64,000 nt of DNA from contig OZ242374.1 of NCBI GenBank assembly GCA_965209055.1, forward strand, positions 2,912,001 through 2,976,000, given 5' to 3'. The position numbers and the translations under genes were made by a program. This DNA is from Acidobacteriota bacterium (lineage in GTDB: Bacteria; Acidobacteriota; UBA6911; RPQK01; JAJDTT01). How positions within the stretch are numbered: the first letter of the stretch is position 1; every line of letters starts with the position of its first letter. Under the pieces are notes generated by a model. The model was not told the origin of the DNA, searched no databases, and worked only from the letters and a program-made list of their open reading frames with translations. This document shows, in pieces, positions 42,487 to 52,928 of the stretch.

Positions 42487-43104
42487 CTAAATCTGTGGAA
42501 CCTCGGGCAGGATCCGGACTCTTCGGCCTTCGACTCGGACCCGGCCCTGGCACAGCAGCTTCAGGGCCTCGGGGTAGATCTGGTGCTCGTGCACCAGGAT
42601 TCGAGCGGAGAGGCTCTCCTCGGTATCGTTCTCTTCAACGGGAACCGGGTGCTGGAGGATGATGGGGCCATGGTCCAGCTCTTCGTCCACGAAATGGACC
42701 GTGCAGCCGGTGACCCTGGCGCCCCACTCCAGGGCCTGACCCTGAGCGTGCAGTCCCGTGAAGGCCGGGAGGAGTGATGGATGGATGTTTAGAATCCGAA
42801 GCGGATACCGTTTCACCAGTTCCGGGCCGAGAATGCGCATGAACCCGGCCAGGCAGACCAGATCCACCCGGGCCGCTTTCAACTCGGAGGCCAGCAGCCG
42901 GCTGTAGGCGTCTCGACCCACGCCCTTGGAGGGGATGCAAACGGTGGGGTAGTTGCGTTCCCGCGCCAGTTCCAGACCCGCTGCCGACGCGCGGTTGGAG
43001 AGGACCAGGGAGATCCGGGCCGGTATTCGTCCCTCTTCAACGGCGTCGGACAGAGCCCGGAAGTTGGAGCCTCGGCCGCTGATGAGGATGCCGACGTTCT
43101 TCAT
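42487..43104 (-). CDS. purN: Phosphoribosylglycinamide formyltransferase
   Basis: SGRGSN, LAGFMRIL, NIHPSLLP, GCTVHFV. Confidence 0.98.
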   Translation of the reverse strand: MKNVGILISGRGSNFRALSDAVEEGRIPARISLVLSNRASAAGLELARERNYPTVCIPSKGVGRDAYSRLLASELKAARVDLVCLAGFMRILGPELVKRYPLRILNIHPSLLPAFTGLHAQGQALEWGARVTGCTVHFVDEELDHGPIILQHPVPVEENDTEESLSARILVHEHQIYPEALKLLCQGRVRVEGRRVRILPEVPQI

Positions 43105-44123
43105 GCGTATCGGACCTTGCCCTCTCCCTCCCCGATTTCCCCGGTCAGGACGTACTCTTCCCCGGTCCGCTCCAGCTCCGCCGCGACGGGGCCGAAACCG
43201 TCCCGGTCCACGACCAGGATCATGCCCAGACCCATGTTGAAGGTCCGGAACATTTCGGCCTCCTCCACCCGCCCCAGATCCTGAATGAGGTGAAAGACGG
43301 GGAGATTCTCCCAGCTTCCCCGGCGGACTCGAGCGTCCAGGTCCGGAGGAAGCACTCGAGCCAGATTGTCCGTGATCCCGCCGCCCGTGATGTGCGCCAC
43401 GGCGTGGAGCGCGTCCTTCCCCACGAGATTGCGGAGAGAGGGGAGATAATTGCGGTGCGGGATCAGCAATTCTTCCCCGAGGGTCTTTCCCAGGCTTTCG
43501 ACGTAGGTGTCGACACTCATCCGCTCCCGCTCGAAAAAGAGTTTCCGGACCAGGGAGTAGCCGTTGGTGTGAATCCCGGAAGAGGGAAGTCCCACCAGCA
43601 GGTCGCCGTTGCAGACACGGCCCGTGTTGGGGACCCTGGATTCGTCCGCCATCCCCACGATGAACCCGGCAAGGTCGTATTCTCCCTCCTGGTAGAAGTC
43701 GGGCATTTCGGCGGTCTCTCCGCCCAGCAGGACGCAGCCGGCCTCCCGGCAGCCTTCGACGAGTCCCCTCACCACCTCCCGGACCACCCGGGGTTCGAGC
43801 TTTCCGGTGGCGATGTAGTCGAGAAAGAAAAGGGGCCGGGCCCCATGAACCAGGATGTCGTTGGTGCAGTGAGCCACCAGGTCCATCCCCACCGTGTCGT
43901 GCACGCCGGTCAGGAAGGCGATCTTGAGCTTGGTACCCACTCCGTCGGCGCTGGAGACCAGGATCGGCCGCTCCATTTGGCCGAAGTCGGGGCGGTAGAG
44001 ACCCGAGAAGGTCCCGAAATCGGTCAGGACCCGGGAGTCGAAAGTGGATTGGACCAGACCCCGAATTCCGGCATAGGCGCGGTTGGCGGCATCCACGTCC
44101 ACCCCGGCGTCGCGATATCTCAT
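43101..44123 (-). CDS. purM: AIR synthase
   Basis: YRDAGVD, DGVGTK, GGETAEMP, HTNGYSL, HITGGG. Confidence 0.98.
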   Translation of the reverse strand: MRYRDAGVDVDAANRAYAGIRGLVQSTFDSRVLTDFGTFSGLYRPDFGQMERPILVSSADGVGTKLKIAFLTGVHDTVGMDLVAHCTNDILVHGARPLFFLDYIATGKLEPRVVREVVRGLVEGCREAGCVLLGGETAEMPDFYQEGEYDLAGFIVGMADESRVPNTGRVCNGDLLVGLPSSGIHTNGYSLVRKLFFERERMSVDTYVESLGKTLGEELLIPHRNYLPSLRNLVGKDALHAVAHITGGGITDNLARVLPPDLDARVRRGSWENLPVFHLIQDLGRVEEAEMFRTFNMGLGMILVVDRDGFGPVAAELERTGEEYVLTGEIGEGEGKVRYA

Positions 44124-45550
44124 TTCACCGATGAGTTCCGGGCCGATCCGCGGCCGGCCAGCTCGAACAACTGTTTCTGGCCCGAATCCCGGGTCGGCGG
44201 GATGGGGTAGTCCTCGTCGAAGCAGGCCGCGCAGAAGTTCCCGCGATCGGATACGGCGTTCTTCATCCCCTCCAGGGAGAGGTAGGCAAGGCTGTCGGCG
44301 CCGACGTACTCCTGGATTTCACCGACGGTGTTGTTGGCGGCGATGAGCTCGGCGTGGGTCGGCGTGTCGATGCCGTAGTAGCAGGGCGAAACGGTTGGGG
44401 GAGAGCTGACGCGGAAGTGAACCTTGGTGGCTCCCGCCGAGCGGACCATTTCCACGATCTTGCGGCTCGTGGTCCCTCGAACCACCGAATCGTCGCAGAG
44501 GATGACCCTCTTCCCCGACAGCAGCTCCCGAATGGGGTTTAGCTTGACCTTGACCCCGAAATGCCGGATCGATTGCTTGGGCTCGATGAAGGTCCTTCCC
44601 ACGTAGTGGTTTCGGATCAGTCCGAATTGGAAGGGAATGCCCGACTCCTTGGCGTAGCCCAGGGCGGCCGTGACGCCGGAATCCGGAACCGGGACCACCA
44701 CGTCCGCGTCGGCCGGGGCTTCGCGGGCCAGCCGGCGGCCCATCCGGTAGCGGGCTCCGTGGACGCTTTGGCCGAAGACGCGACTGTCGGGCCGGCTGAA
44801 ATAAACCTGCTCGAAGATGCAGAAGGCGTGGCGCGGCGCGTCGGGTTGCCGAAAGGAATGGAGCGAACCGTCCTGGATTCGCAGGATCTCCCCCGGTTCG
44901 ACGTCCCGCAGATAGCGCGCCCCGATCAGGTCGAAGGCGCAGGTCTCGGAGGCGACCACGTAGGCGTCTTCCAACCGGCCCAGACAGAGCGGACGCACGC
45001 CCATGGGGTCCCGGATGGCGTAAATACAATCCGGACGCTGCAGCACCATGGAGTAGGCGCCCCGGACGACCCGGAGGATCTCCAGCAGGGCGTCGTCCAG
45101 ATCCTTCTGCGGACAATGGGCCAGAAGATGGAGAACGACTTCGGTGTCGCTGGTGGACTGGAAGATGGCCCCTTCCGCTTCCAGGCTCCGTCTCAACGAC
45201 CCGGTGTTGACGATGTTCCCGTTGTGGGCCAGGGCGACGGGTCCGCGCCAGGATTGCGTGACGATGGGCTGGGCGTTGGTCAGCAGGCTCTCACCCATGG
45301 TGGAGTATCGAACGTGGGCCGTGGCCGACAGGCCCGGCAGCCGTTCCAGCTTGTCGTCGCTGAAAACCTCGGCGACGTAGCCCATACCCCGTTCCTGGTG
45401 CAGGTTCGTTCCGTCGGACGAGACGATCCCGGCCGACTCCTGGCCTCGATGCTGGAGGGCGTAGAGTCCGAGGTAGGCGTGGCGGGCCGCCTCGGGGTGA
45501 GAGGCGATGCCGAAGATGCCGCACTCGTCGTGAAACTTGTCCTCGTGCAT
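44120..45550 (-). CDS. purF: Amidophosphoribosyltransferase
   Basis: MHEDKFHDE-CGIFG propeptide, QHRGQESAG, DDSVVRGTT, Fe-S CAAC; true start inside ORF 44120..46108. Confidence 0.97.
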   Translation of the reverse strand: MHEDKFHDECGIFGIASHPEAARHAYLGLYALQHRGQESAGIVSSDGTNLHQERGMGYVAEVFSDDKLERLPGLSATAHVRYSTMGESLLTNAQPIVTQSWRGPVALAHNGNIVNTGSLRRSLEAEGAIFQSTSDTEVVLHLLAHCPQKDLDDALLEILRVVRGAYSMVLQRPDCIYAIRDPMGVRPLCLGRLEDAYVVASETCAFDLIGARYLRDVEPGEILRIQDGSLHSFRQPDAPRHAFCIFEQVYFSRPDSRVFGQSVHGARYRMGRRLAREAPADADVVVPVPDSGVTAALGYAKESGIPFQFGLIRNHYVGRTFIEPKQSIRHFGVKVKLNPIRELLSGKRVILCDDSVVRGTTSRKIVEMVRSAGATKVHFRVSSPPTVSPCYYGIDTPTHAELIAANNTVGEIQEYVGADSLAYLSLEGMKNAVSDRGNFCAACFDEDYPIPPTRDSGQKQLFELAGRGSARNSSVK

Positions 45551-45746
45551 GGACTGTTGCGTTTCGGAAGGGCCCGAAGGGAGGCTGGCCTCCACGGCGG
45601 CAATATATTCCCCTGCGGACGGCAAATCAATACGAAGATGAGGAGTGAGCAATGGGATAAGGAGGAGAGACACAGGGGCGCACCGGGGAGGGGCCCCTGT
45701 TCCATTGGGAAATGCGTCCGGTTCCCAAAATTTGACGGGTTCCGGG

Positions 45747-45848
45747 TTGACAGGGGTGTGGGATATCGTCAGAATGTTGACCGCCTCCCAGGCTCTTCGA
45801 CTGGATATGTGTATCCCAGGCTCAACTAACCTAACGTAGGGGGTCTTA
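45747..45848 (+). promoter_or_regulatory. Promoter/leader of TBDR copy 1
   Basis: TTGACA-17 bp-CAGAAT; TCCCAGGCTC direct repeats at 45786 and 45814; conserved in copy 2. Confidence 0.75.
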
Positions 45849-48800
45849 ATGGACAGCAAACGATTGTGTCTCGCGCTGGTTCTGGTGGGACTGAGCTTCG
45901 GCTTGGCCCTGGGACAGGGAGACCGGGCTACGGTGGTGGGAACCGTCACCGACAGCACGGGCGCAGTGATTCCAGGCGCCGAGGTGTACATGACCCAGGT
46001 CGCCACCAACCAGGTCCACTCCTCGCTCTCCAGCGACACCGGCCAGTACGCCATGTCGGCGCTGCCGGCGGACGTGTACGAGATGAGGGTCACCATGCCC
46101 GGCTTCAAGACGGAGGTTCGCTCCGGTCTGAAGTTGGACGTGGGACAGAGCTACCGCATCGACATCGAGTTGAGCGTCGGTGAGGTGGCCGAGGTGGTGG
46201 AGGTCGCCTCCACTGCACCGATCCTGAAGACGGAAACGGCGGAGTTCGGACAGGTGATCGACAACAAGAAGATCATCAGCATCCCGCTGAACCAGAGAGA
46301 CGTCTTCGGCGTCTTGGGTGGTCTGACCCCCGGTGTCCAGCCGCTGCGCAACGTCGGCGGCGTCACCAGCGGTGTCGCGTTCAACGTCCGGGGCATGCGC
46401 CGGGCCGACAACAACGCCACGCTGGACGGCTCCCAGATGAGCGAGACCAACGGCTCGCTCCAGTTTTTCGCCAACCCCGACGCCATTCAGGAGTTCGAGG
46501 TCAAGAGCGGCCTCTACGGCGCCGAGTACGGCATCAAGCCGGGCGGCCAGTTCAGCGCCGTCACCAAGAGCGGCACCAACGAGCTGCACGGCACCATCTT
46601 CTGGTTCCACCGCAACGACAACCTGGATGCCCGGAACTTCTTCGACACCGGCCGCAAGAACGAGTTCAAGCGGAACCAGTTCGGTGCTGTTGCCGGTGGT
46701 CCGGTCATGTTTCCGGGCCTTTATGACGGCCGCGACCAGTCCTGGTGGTTTTTCGCCTACAGCGGGGAACGGATCCGCCAGTTCCGGTCGCTGACCGGCA
46801 TTATGCCCACGCCAGCGCAGCGGAGCGGCGTCTTTCCCAACACCATCATGGATCCCATGACGGGAGAACCCTTTCCCAACAACACCATCCCCGCCGATCG
46901 GATCGCTCCCCAGTCCAGGCTGCTGGGAGAACTCTGGCCGGCGCCCAACACCGACATCAGCCGGGGATTCAACTACACCAGCGCCTCCAATGCTCCGGGA
47001 CAACGGAACGAGTACATCGTCCGGATGGACATCAAGACGGGAGACGACAGCCGCTGGTTCGGCCGTTTCCTCTTCAATCAGCGGCCCATCACCTTCGTCA
47101 ACATCGTCGACGCCTTCACCGTCATCAACGGCTTGGACAACTGGGCCCAGAACATCGTCAACACCCGGAACTTCGGGACCAACGTGGTCAACGAGCTGGG
47201 TCTCCATTTTTACAGGCGCCCCTACAATCCGGGCTTTCCGCCTGGAGGCCCCGACCTGGCTAACCAGCTGAACTTTCCCAACTGGCCCAAGCGGGGTGTG
47301 GACCTCAGGGGAACGCCTCGAGTCTCGGTGACCGGCTACCCCACTCTCGGATCCCGCCCCAACCGCGGCCCCGTCCCCGAGGGACAGTGGGAGCTCAAGG
47401 AGAACGTCAGCTGGACCAAGGGCAATCACTACCTGAAGGCCGGTTACCACTACCGGTACCACTACGTCTTCTTCGGCTTGGAACGGCGCAGTGAACTCTA
47501 CTTCAACCAACCCAACTGGTACGCTGGAGACACCTTGGCCAACTTCTACCTGGGATACCTTTCCGGATCCCGGGAGGGAAGCGAGGCTCGTCTGAATCAC
47601 AACTTCCCGGGCCACTACATCTATCTGCAGGACAGTTGGAAGGCCACTCCCAAACTGACCTTGCAGCTCGGTCTCCGTTACGAGTTGCGTCAAGGCTGGG
47701 AGGACAAGCGGGGATTCTCCACCAACCTCAAGGCCGATTGTGCGCTACGCACCGAGAACCCGATTCCTGACTGCTATGATCCTCCTCTGCTCCCGCAGAC
47801 GCTCGTGTTTCCCGAGACCGGGCGGTTCCAGCCCCAGGTAAACGTCTTCACCTGGACCAAGAACGGGTTTCAGCCGCGCCTGGGTCTCTCCTACCGTTTG
47901 ACGGATCAGACGGTATTGCGCATTGGCGGCGGCATATACGGTAACGAGCCGCCGGGCGGCATGATGTACGGTGCGTCCGCTCTGGGCAATCCCCGGCCGA
48001 ACTCCGGCCAGAGGGACTTTGAGGCCCTTGCGGCGGCCCCGAACCTTTTCATCTCCAACCCCTACGATGAGTCGGTTCTGGTCGGCGCCGGCGCCGTCAC
48101 CAATGGGGGCGGATACGAAGACACCATGCCCCAGTGGTACGTGCCCAACTTCGGCTTGTCCCTCCAGCACCGCACCGGCCAGAACAACATGTTCGAAATC
48201 GGATACGAGGGCTCGCGCTCGGTGCACGAGATGCAGGTCTTCCGGTTCAACGACGCCCGTCCGGGTGCAGGGCCTCGTCAGGAACGGCGGCCCTGGCCCA
48301 ACATGACCCGGTACTACATGCTCCTGGGCAACGGCGACCAGACCTACCACGGCTTCAATTTCAAGTGGGAGAAGCGGCCGGGCCAGTATGGTCTGACGTC
48401 GCTCCTGGTCTTCAGTTGGGGCAAGAGCATCGACACCACCGGCGGGCGCCTCAGCGTCACCGGCGACCCGCGCGAAGTGAGCCGAAACCTCTGGGCCGAC
48501 GGCTTCACCTACAAGAACCGGGGCAGAGGCGAGGGCAACATCCCGATGCGGCTGGCCTGGTTGAAGGGTTGGGACATCCCCTTCGGACCTGGCCGCGCCT
48601 ACGGCTCGGACGGCTTCTTCAGCCAGATCTTCGGCGGTTGGAGTGTCTACGCCATCACCACGCTGCAGAAGGGGCACTGGTACACGGTGTCGACCGCGGA
48701 TCTGCTCGACGCGGGCAGCAACGCTTCCCAGCGGCCCGACCTGCTCCGGGATCCCAATTCCGGCAGCCGGCGGCCCGAGTCCTGGTTCCGGACGGACGCG

Positions 48801-49073
48801 TTCACAGCTCCGCCTCCAGGCCAGTACGGGAACGCGGGCCGCGGCATCGTGGAAGGTCCGGGCACCATCAACGTGGACTTCTCGCTATTGCGGGATTTCC
48901 ACCTGGGTGAGGAGACCCGGATCCAGTTCCGGTTCGAGGCCTTCAACCTGACCAATCACACCAACCTCAACTCGAACTGGAACACGTTCAACTTCAACCA
49001 CGGATCTTTCGGATCCATTGGTTCGGCGTTGACCGCAAGACAGTTGCAGTTCGGCCTGAAGATCTACTACTGA
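45849..49073 (+). CDS. TonB-dependent receptor (Oar-like, carboxypeptidase-regulatory N-domain), copy 1
   Basis: Signal peptide, GTVTDSTGAVIPGA, AIQEF, TKSGTNELHG, LGLRYE, QFRFEAFN, RQLQFGLKIYY terminus. Confidence 0.95.
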   Translation: MDSKRLCLALVLVGLSFGLALGQGDRATVVGTVTDSTGAVIPGAEVYMTQVATNQVHSSLSSDTGQYAMSALPADVYEMRVTMPGFKTEVRSGLKLDVGQSYRIDIELSVGEVAEVVEVASTAPILKTETAEFGQVIDNKKIISIPLNQRDVFGVLGGLTPGVQPLRNVGGVTSGVAFNVRGMRRADNNATLDGSQMSETNGSLQFFANPDAIQEFEVKSGLYGAEYGIKPGGQFSAVTKSGTNELHGTIFWFHRNDNLDARNFFDTGRKNEFKRNQFGAVAGGPVMFPGLYDGRDQSWWFFAYSGERIRQFRSLTGIMPTPAQRSGVFPNTIMDPMTGEPFPNNTIPADRIAPQSRLLGELWPAPNTDISRGFNYTSASNAPGQRNEYIVRMDIKTGDDSRWFGRFLFNQRPITFVNIVDAFTVINGLDNWAQNIVNTRNFGTNVVNELGLHFYRRPYNPGFPPGGPDLANQLNFPNWPKRGVDLRGTPRVSVTGYPTLGSRPNRGPVPEGQWELKENVSWTKGNHYLKAGYHYRYHYVFFGLERRSELYFNQPNWYAGDTLANFYLGYLSGSREGSEARLNHNFPGHYIYLQDSWKATPKLTLQLGLRYELRQGWEDKRGFSTNLKADCALRTENPIPDCYDPPLLPQTLVFPETGRFQPQVNVFTWTKNGFQPRLGLSYRLTDQTVLRIGGGIYGNEPPGGMMYGASALGNPRPNSGQRDFEALAAAPNLFISNPYDESVLVGAGAVTNGGGYEDTMPQWYVPNFGLSLQHRTGQNNMFEIGYEGSRSVHEMQVFRFNDARPGAGPRQERRPWPNMTRYYMLLGNGDQTYHGFNFKWEKRPGQYGLTSLLVFSWGKSIDTTGGRLSVTGDPREVSRNLWADGFTYKNRGRGEGNIPMRLAWLKGWDIPFGPGRAYGSDGFFSQIFGGWSVYAITTLQKGHWYTVSTADLLDAGSNASQRPDLLRDPNSGSRRPESWFRTDAFTAPPPGQYGNAGRGIVEGPGTINVDFSLLRDFHLGEETRIQFRFEAFNLTNHTNLNSNWNTFNFNHGSFGSIGSALTARQLQFGLKIYY

Positions 49074-49095
49074 TCCGGGTTTCAGGCTTGATTCG

Positions 49096-49131
49096 AAAGC
49101 GCGCCTGCCATTGCGGCAGGCGCGCTTTTTT
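49096..49131 (+). terminator. Rho-independent terminator
   Basis: AAAGCGCGCCTGCC-ATTGC-GGCAGGCGCGCTTT followed by a T run. Confidence 0.9.
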
Positions 49132-49153
49132 GTGGTTGAAAGAGGGTGGGCGG

Positions 49154-49179
49154 TTCTGCTCAGGCGCAGTAGCCGCCGT
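49154..49179 (-). pseudogene. Duplicated 3' tip (GGYCA-stop) of the SDR gene at 52929
   Basis: TTCTGCTCAGGCGCAGTAGCCGCCGT is identical to 52923-52948. Confidence 0.8.
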
Positions 49180-49510
49180 TGTAGCACTTTGCCATGGACC
49201 GGAACCAAGCACTTCGCGCCCTCACCGAGTCGGGCTGACCCAGCCGTCGGCGCCGTCTCCTGTCCCCACTCCACGAACCGGCCATCGATCCGGGGATCCT
49301 CAGATTTGGTCTCGGTCGTTTCGGCCTCATTGGGGCCTCAAACCGGTCCCTTCTGGCCGGACTGACCTCCATGTCCATGCCCCGCCACCCCTGATCCCCC
49401 GTCCTCTTGGGCCAAGGACCCCGAAGAACCTGTCGCCCCTCTTCGCACGTCGTGGAGAGCACTCCACAATTGAACAGAGTGAGATCGCCCTCTAATTGGA
49501 CTAATCCAGG

Positions 49511-49613
49511 TTGACAGGGGTATGGGATACCGTCAGAATTTCGAACGCCTCCCAGGCTCTTCGAGTGACTGTGTGTATCCCAGGCTCAACTAACCTAACG
49601 TAGGGGGTTTTGA
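49511..49613 (+). promoter_or_regulatory. Promoter/leader of TBDR copy 2
   Basis: TTGACA-17 bp-CAGAAT; TCCCAGGCTC at 49550 and 49578. Confidence 0.75.
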
Positions 49614-52600
49614 ATGGATAGCAAACGATTGTGTCTCGCGCTGGTTCTGGTGGGACTGAGCTTCGGCTTGGCCCTGGGACAGGGAGACCGGGCTACGGTG
49701 GTGGGAACCGTCACCGACAGCACGGGCGCAGTGATTCCAGGCGCCGAGGTTTACATGACTCAGATCGCCACCAACCAGGTCCACTCCTCGCTCTCCAGCG
49801 ACACCGGCCAGTACGCCATTTCGGCGCTGCCGGCGGACGTGTACGAGATGAGGGTCACCATGCCCGGCTTCAAGACGGAGGTCCGCTCCGGTCTGAAGAT
49901 GGACGTGGGACAGAGCTACCGCATCGACATCGAGTTGAGCGTCGGTGAGGTGGCCGAGGTGGTGGAGGTCGCCTCCACCGCACCCATCCTGAAGACGGAG
50001 ACGGCGGAGTTCGGACAGGTGATCGACAACAAGAAGATCATCAGCATCCCGCTGAACCAGAGAGATGTCTTCGGTGTTTTGGGCGGTCTGACGCCGGGCA
50101 TCCAGCCTCAGCGGAATGTCGGCGTCGTCACCAACGGTGTGGCCTTCAATGTACGGGGGCTTCGGCGAGGTGACAACAATGCCACGCTCGACGGTTCTCA
50201 GATGAGCGAGACCAACGGCTCGCTCCAGTTTTTCGCCAACCCCGACGCCATTCAGGAGTTCGAGGTCAAGAGCGGCCTCTACGGCGCCGAGTACGGCATC
50301 AAGCCGGGCGGGCAGTTCAGCGCCGTCACCAAGAGCGGCACCAACGAGCTGCACGGCACCATCTTCTGGTTCCACCGCAACGACAACCTGGATGCCCGGA
50401 ACTTCTTCGACACCGGCCGCAAGAACGAATTCAAGCGGAACCAGTTCGGCGCCGTTGCCGGCGGACCGGTCATGTTTCCGGGCCTCTATGACGGTCGCGA
50501 CCAGTCCTGGTGGTTCTTCGCCTACAGCGGTGAGCGGATCCGCCAGTTCCGTTCGTTGACGGGCACTGTGCCTACGGCGGCCGAGCGGGGTGGCGTGTTT
50601 TCCAGCGCCATCATGGATCCCATGACGGGTGAACCGTTTCCCAACAACACCATTCCCGCCAACCGGATCACTCCTCAGTCCAAGCTGCTGGGTGACCTCT
50701 GGCCTACCGCCAATACCCCCATCAGCCGGGGATTCAACTACACCAGCGCCTCCAATGCTCCGCAGGAGCGGAACGAGTACATCGTCCGGATGGACATCAA
50801 GACGGGCGACGACAGCCGCTGGTTCGGCCGTTTCCTCTTCAATCAGCGGCCCATAACGTTTGTCAACGTCGTTGACGCCTTCACCGTCATCAACGGCTTG
50901 GACAACTGGGCCCAGAACGTGGTCAACACCCGGAATTTCGGGACCAACATCGTCAACGAGTTGGGGCTTCACTTCTACCGTCGGCCCTACAATCCCGGCT
51001 TCCCGCCGGGCGGGCCCGATCTCGCCGACCAGTTGAATTTCCCCAACTGGCCAAAGCGGGGCGTGGATCTCTTTGGAACTCCTCGAGTCGCAGTGACCGG
51101 GTACCCGACAATCGGATCCCGCCCCAACCGTGGCCCCGTTCCCGAGGGTCAGTGGGAGATCAAGGAGAACGTCAGCTGGACCAAGGGCAATCACTACCTG
51201 AAGGCGGGTTACCACTACCGGTACCATTACATCTTCTTTGGCCTCGAGCGGCGTAGCGAACTCCACTTCAATACTCCGACGCGCTATACCGGAAACGCCT
51301 TGGCCAATTTCTACCTGGGCTATCTGAGTAACTCTCGAGAGGGAAGCGAAGCCCGCCTGAACCATAACTTTCCGGGTCACTACATCTACTTGCAGGACAG
51401 TTGGAAAGCCACTCCCAATCTGACCCTGCAACTGGGGCTCCGGTATGAGTTGCGCCAGGGTTGGGAAGATAAACGCGGGTTTTCCACCAACCTCAAGGCC
51501 GAATGTGCGATGCGTACGGAGAGTCCGATTCCAGATTGCTATTCGCCCCCTCTGCTCCAACAGACCCTCGTGTTTCCCGAGACCGGGCGGTTCGACCCAC
51601 AGGTGAACATCTTCACCTGGACCAAGAATGGCTTTCAGCCCCGCTTGGGTCTTTCCTATCGGTTGACAGACCGGACCGTGTTGCGTGCCGGCGGCGGAAT
51701 CTATGGGAACGAGCCTCCGGGCGGCATGCTGTACGGTGCCGCGGCGCTCGGAAATCCCAGGCCTAATTCGGGCCAGCGAGACTTCCCGGCCGATGCAAGC
51801 TCTCCGAATCTGTTCATCGACAACCCCTACGACGAGGCGGTCCTGAAAGGTACTAGTGGCCAGCTACTTCCGGGGGGTGGATATGAGGACGTGATGCCCC
51901 AATGGTATGTGCCCAACTGGGGAGTGTCGGTCCAGCATCGCGCTGGTGAAAACAACATGTTCGAGATTGGATACGAGGGTTCGCGCTCAGTGCACGAGAT
52001 GCAAATTTTCGAATTCAACGACGCGGTTCCCGGGACTGCTCCCCGTCAGGAAAGACGGCCTTGGCCCTCGATGACCCGGTATCACATGCTCTTCGGCAAT
52101 GGTGACCAGTCGTATCACGGCTTTAACTTCAAATGGGAAAAACGGCCAGGTCTGAATGGATTGACGTCACTCTTGGCCTTTAGTTGGGGCAAGAGTCTCG
52201 ACACGACTGGCGGACGTTTGGGAATCGTTGGCGACCCGCGTGGTGTGACCCGAAACCTCTACGCCAACGGATTCAGCACCAAGAACAAGGGGCTGGGCGA
52301 GGGCAATATCCCGCTTCGACTGGCTTGGTTGAAGGGTTGGGACATTCCATACGGCCCCGGTCGTGCCCATGGCAGCGATGGCTTCTTCGCCCAGATATTC
52401 GGTGGTTGGAGCCTGTATGCCATTACGACTCTCCAGAAGGGACAGTGGTATACGGTTTCGACCACAGATATGCTGGACGTGGGAAGTAACGCTTCTCAAC
52501 GACCGGATCTGGTGGGCGATCCCAATACCGGCAGCAGGCGTGCCGATTCCTGGTTCCGAACGAGTGCTTTCGCAGCGCCGCCTCCGGGACAGTACGGGAG

Positions 52601-52841
52601 CGCCGGGCGTGGCATAGTGGAAGGTCCCGGCACCATAAACGTGGATTTTTCGATGCTTCGAGATTTTCACTTGGGTGAAGAGACCCGGATCCAGTTCAGA
52701 ATGGAGGCGTTTAATCTGACCAACACCACGAATCTGAATCCGAACAACAATACCTGGAATTTTAACGCCGGACAATTCGGCTCCATCGGATCGGCCCTGA
52801 CCGGAAGGCAGTTGCAGTTCGGCCTGAAGATCTACTACTGA
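49614..52841 (+). CDS. TonB-dependent receptor, copy 2
   Basis: Co-linear paralog of 45849..49073 with the same N- and C-termini. Confidence 0.95.
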   Translation: MDSKRLCLALVLVGLSFGLALGQGDRATVVGTVTDSTGAVIPGAEVYMTQIATNQVHSSLSSDTGQYAISALPADVYEMRVTMPGFKTEVRSGLKMDVGQSYRIDIELSVGEVAEVVEVASTAPILKTETAEFGQVIDNKKIISIPLNQRDVFGVLGGLTPGIQPQRNVGVVTNGVAFNVRGLRRGDNNATLDGSQMSETNGSLQFFANPDAIQEFEVKSGLYGAEYGIKPGGQFSAVTKSGTNELHGTIFWFHRNDNLDARNFFDTGRKNEFKRNQFGAVAGGPVMFPGLYDGRDQSWWFFAYSGERIRQFRSLTGTVPTAAERGGVFSSAIMDPMTGEPFPNNTIPANRITPQSKLLGDLWPTANTPISRGFNYTSASNAPQERNEYIVRMDIKTGDDSRWFGRFLFNQRPITFVNVVDAFTVINGLDNWAQNVVNTRNFGTNIVNELGLHFYRRPYNPGFPPGGPDLADQLNFPNWPKRGVDLFGTPRVAVTGYPTIGSRPNRGPVPEGQWEIKENVSWTKGNHYLKAGYHYRYHYIFFGLERRSELHFNTPTRYTGNALANFYLGYLSNSREGSEARLNHNFPGHYIYLQDSWKATPNLTLQLGLRYELRQGWEDKRGFSTNLKAECAMRTESPIPDCYSPPLLQQTLVFPETGRFDPQVNIFTWTKNGFQPRLGLSYRLTDRTVLRAGGGIYGNEPPGGMLYGAAALGNPRPNSGQRDFPADASSPNLFIDNPYDEAVLKGTSGQLLPGGGYEDVMPQWYVPNWGVSVQHRAGENNMFEIGYEGSRSVHEMQIFEFNDAVPGTAPRQERRPWPSMTRYHMLFGNGDQSYHGFNFKWEKRPGLNGLTSLLAFSWGKSLDTTGGRLGIVGDPRGVTRNLYANGFSTKNKGLGEGNIPLRLAWLKGWDIPYGPGRAHGSDGFFAQIFGGWSLYAITTLQKGQWYTVSTTDMLDVGSNASQRPDLVGDPNTGSRRADSWFRTSAFAAPPPGQYGSAGRGIVEGPGTINVDFSMLRDFHLGEETRIQFRMEAFNLTNTTNLNPNNNTWNFNAGQFGSIGSALTGRQLQFGLKIYY

Positions 52842-52863
52842 TCCGGGTTCCAGGCTAAATTCG

Positions 52864-52901
52864 AAAGCGCGCCTGCCATTGCGGCAGGCGCGCTTTTTTT
52901 T
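52864..52901 (+). terminator. Rho-independent terminator (possibly bidirectional)
   Basis: Same hairpin as 49096 with a longer T run; sits between convergent genes. Confidence 0.9.
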
Positions 52902-52928
52902 GTGCTGAAAAGGGTTGTGCGATTCTGC

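Noticed and set aside
49160-49462. 100-aa minus-strand ORF ending in GGYCA
   Set aside because: Only the last codons match the SDR; the rest has no coding signature, so it is treated as a duplication scar.
45849-52841. Diversity-generating retroelement (TR/VR) acting on the TBDR pair
   Set aside because: No reverse transcriptase in the window; differences are not adenine-specific and span the whole gene.
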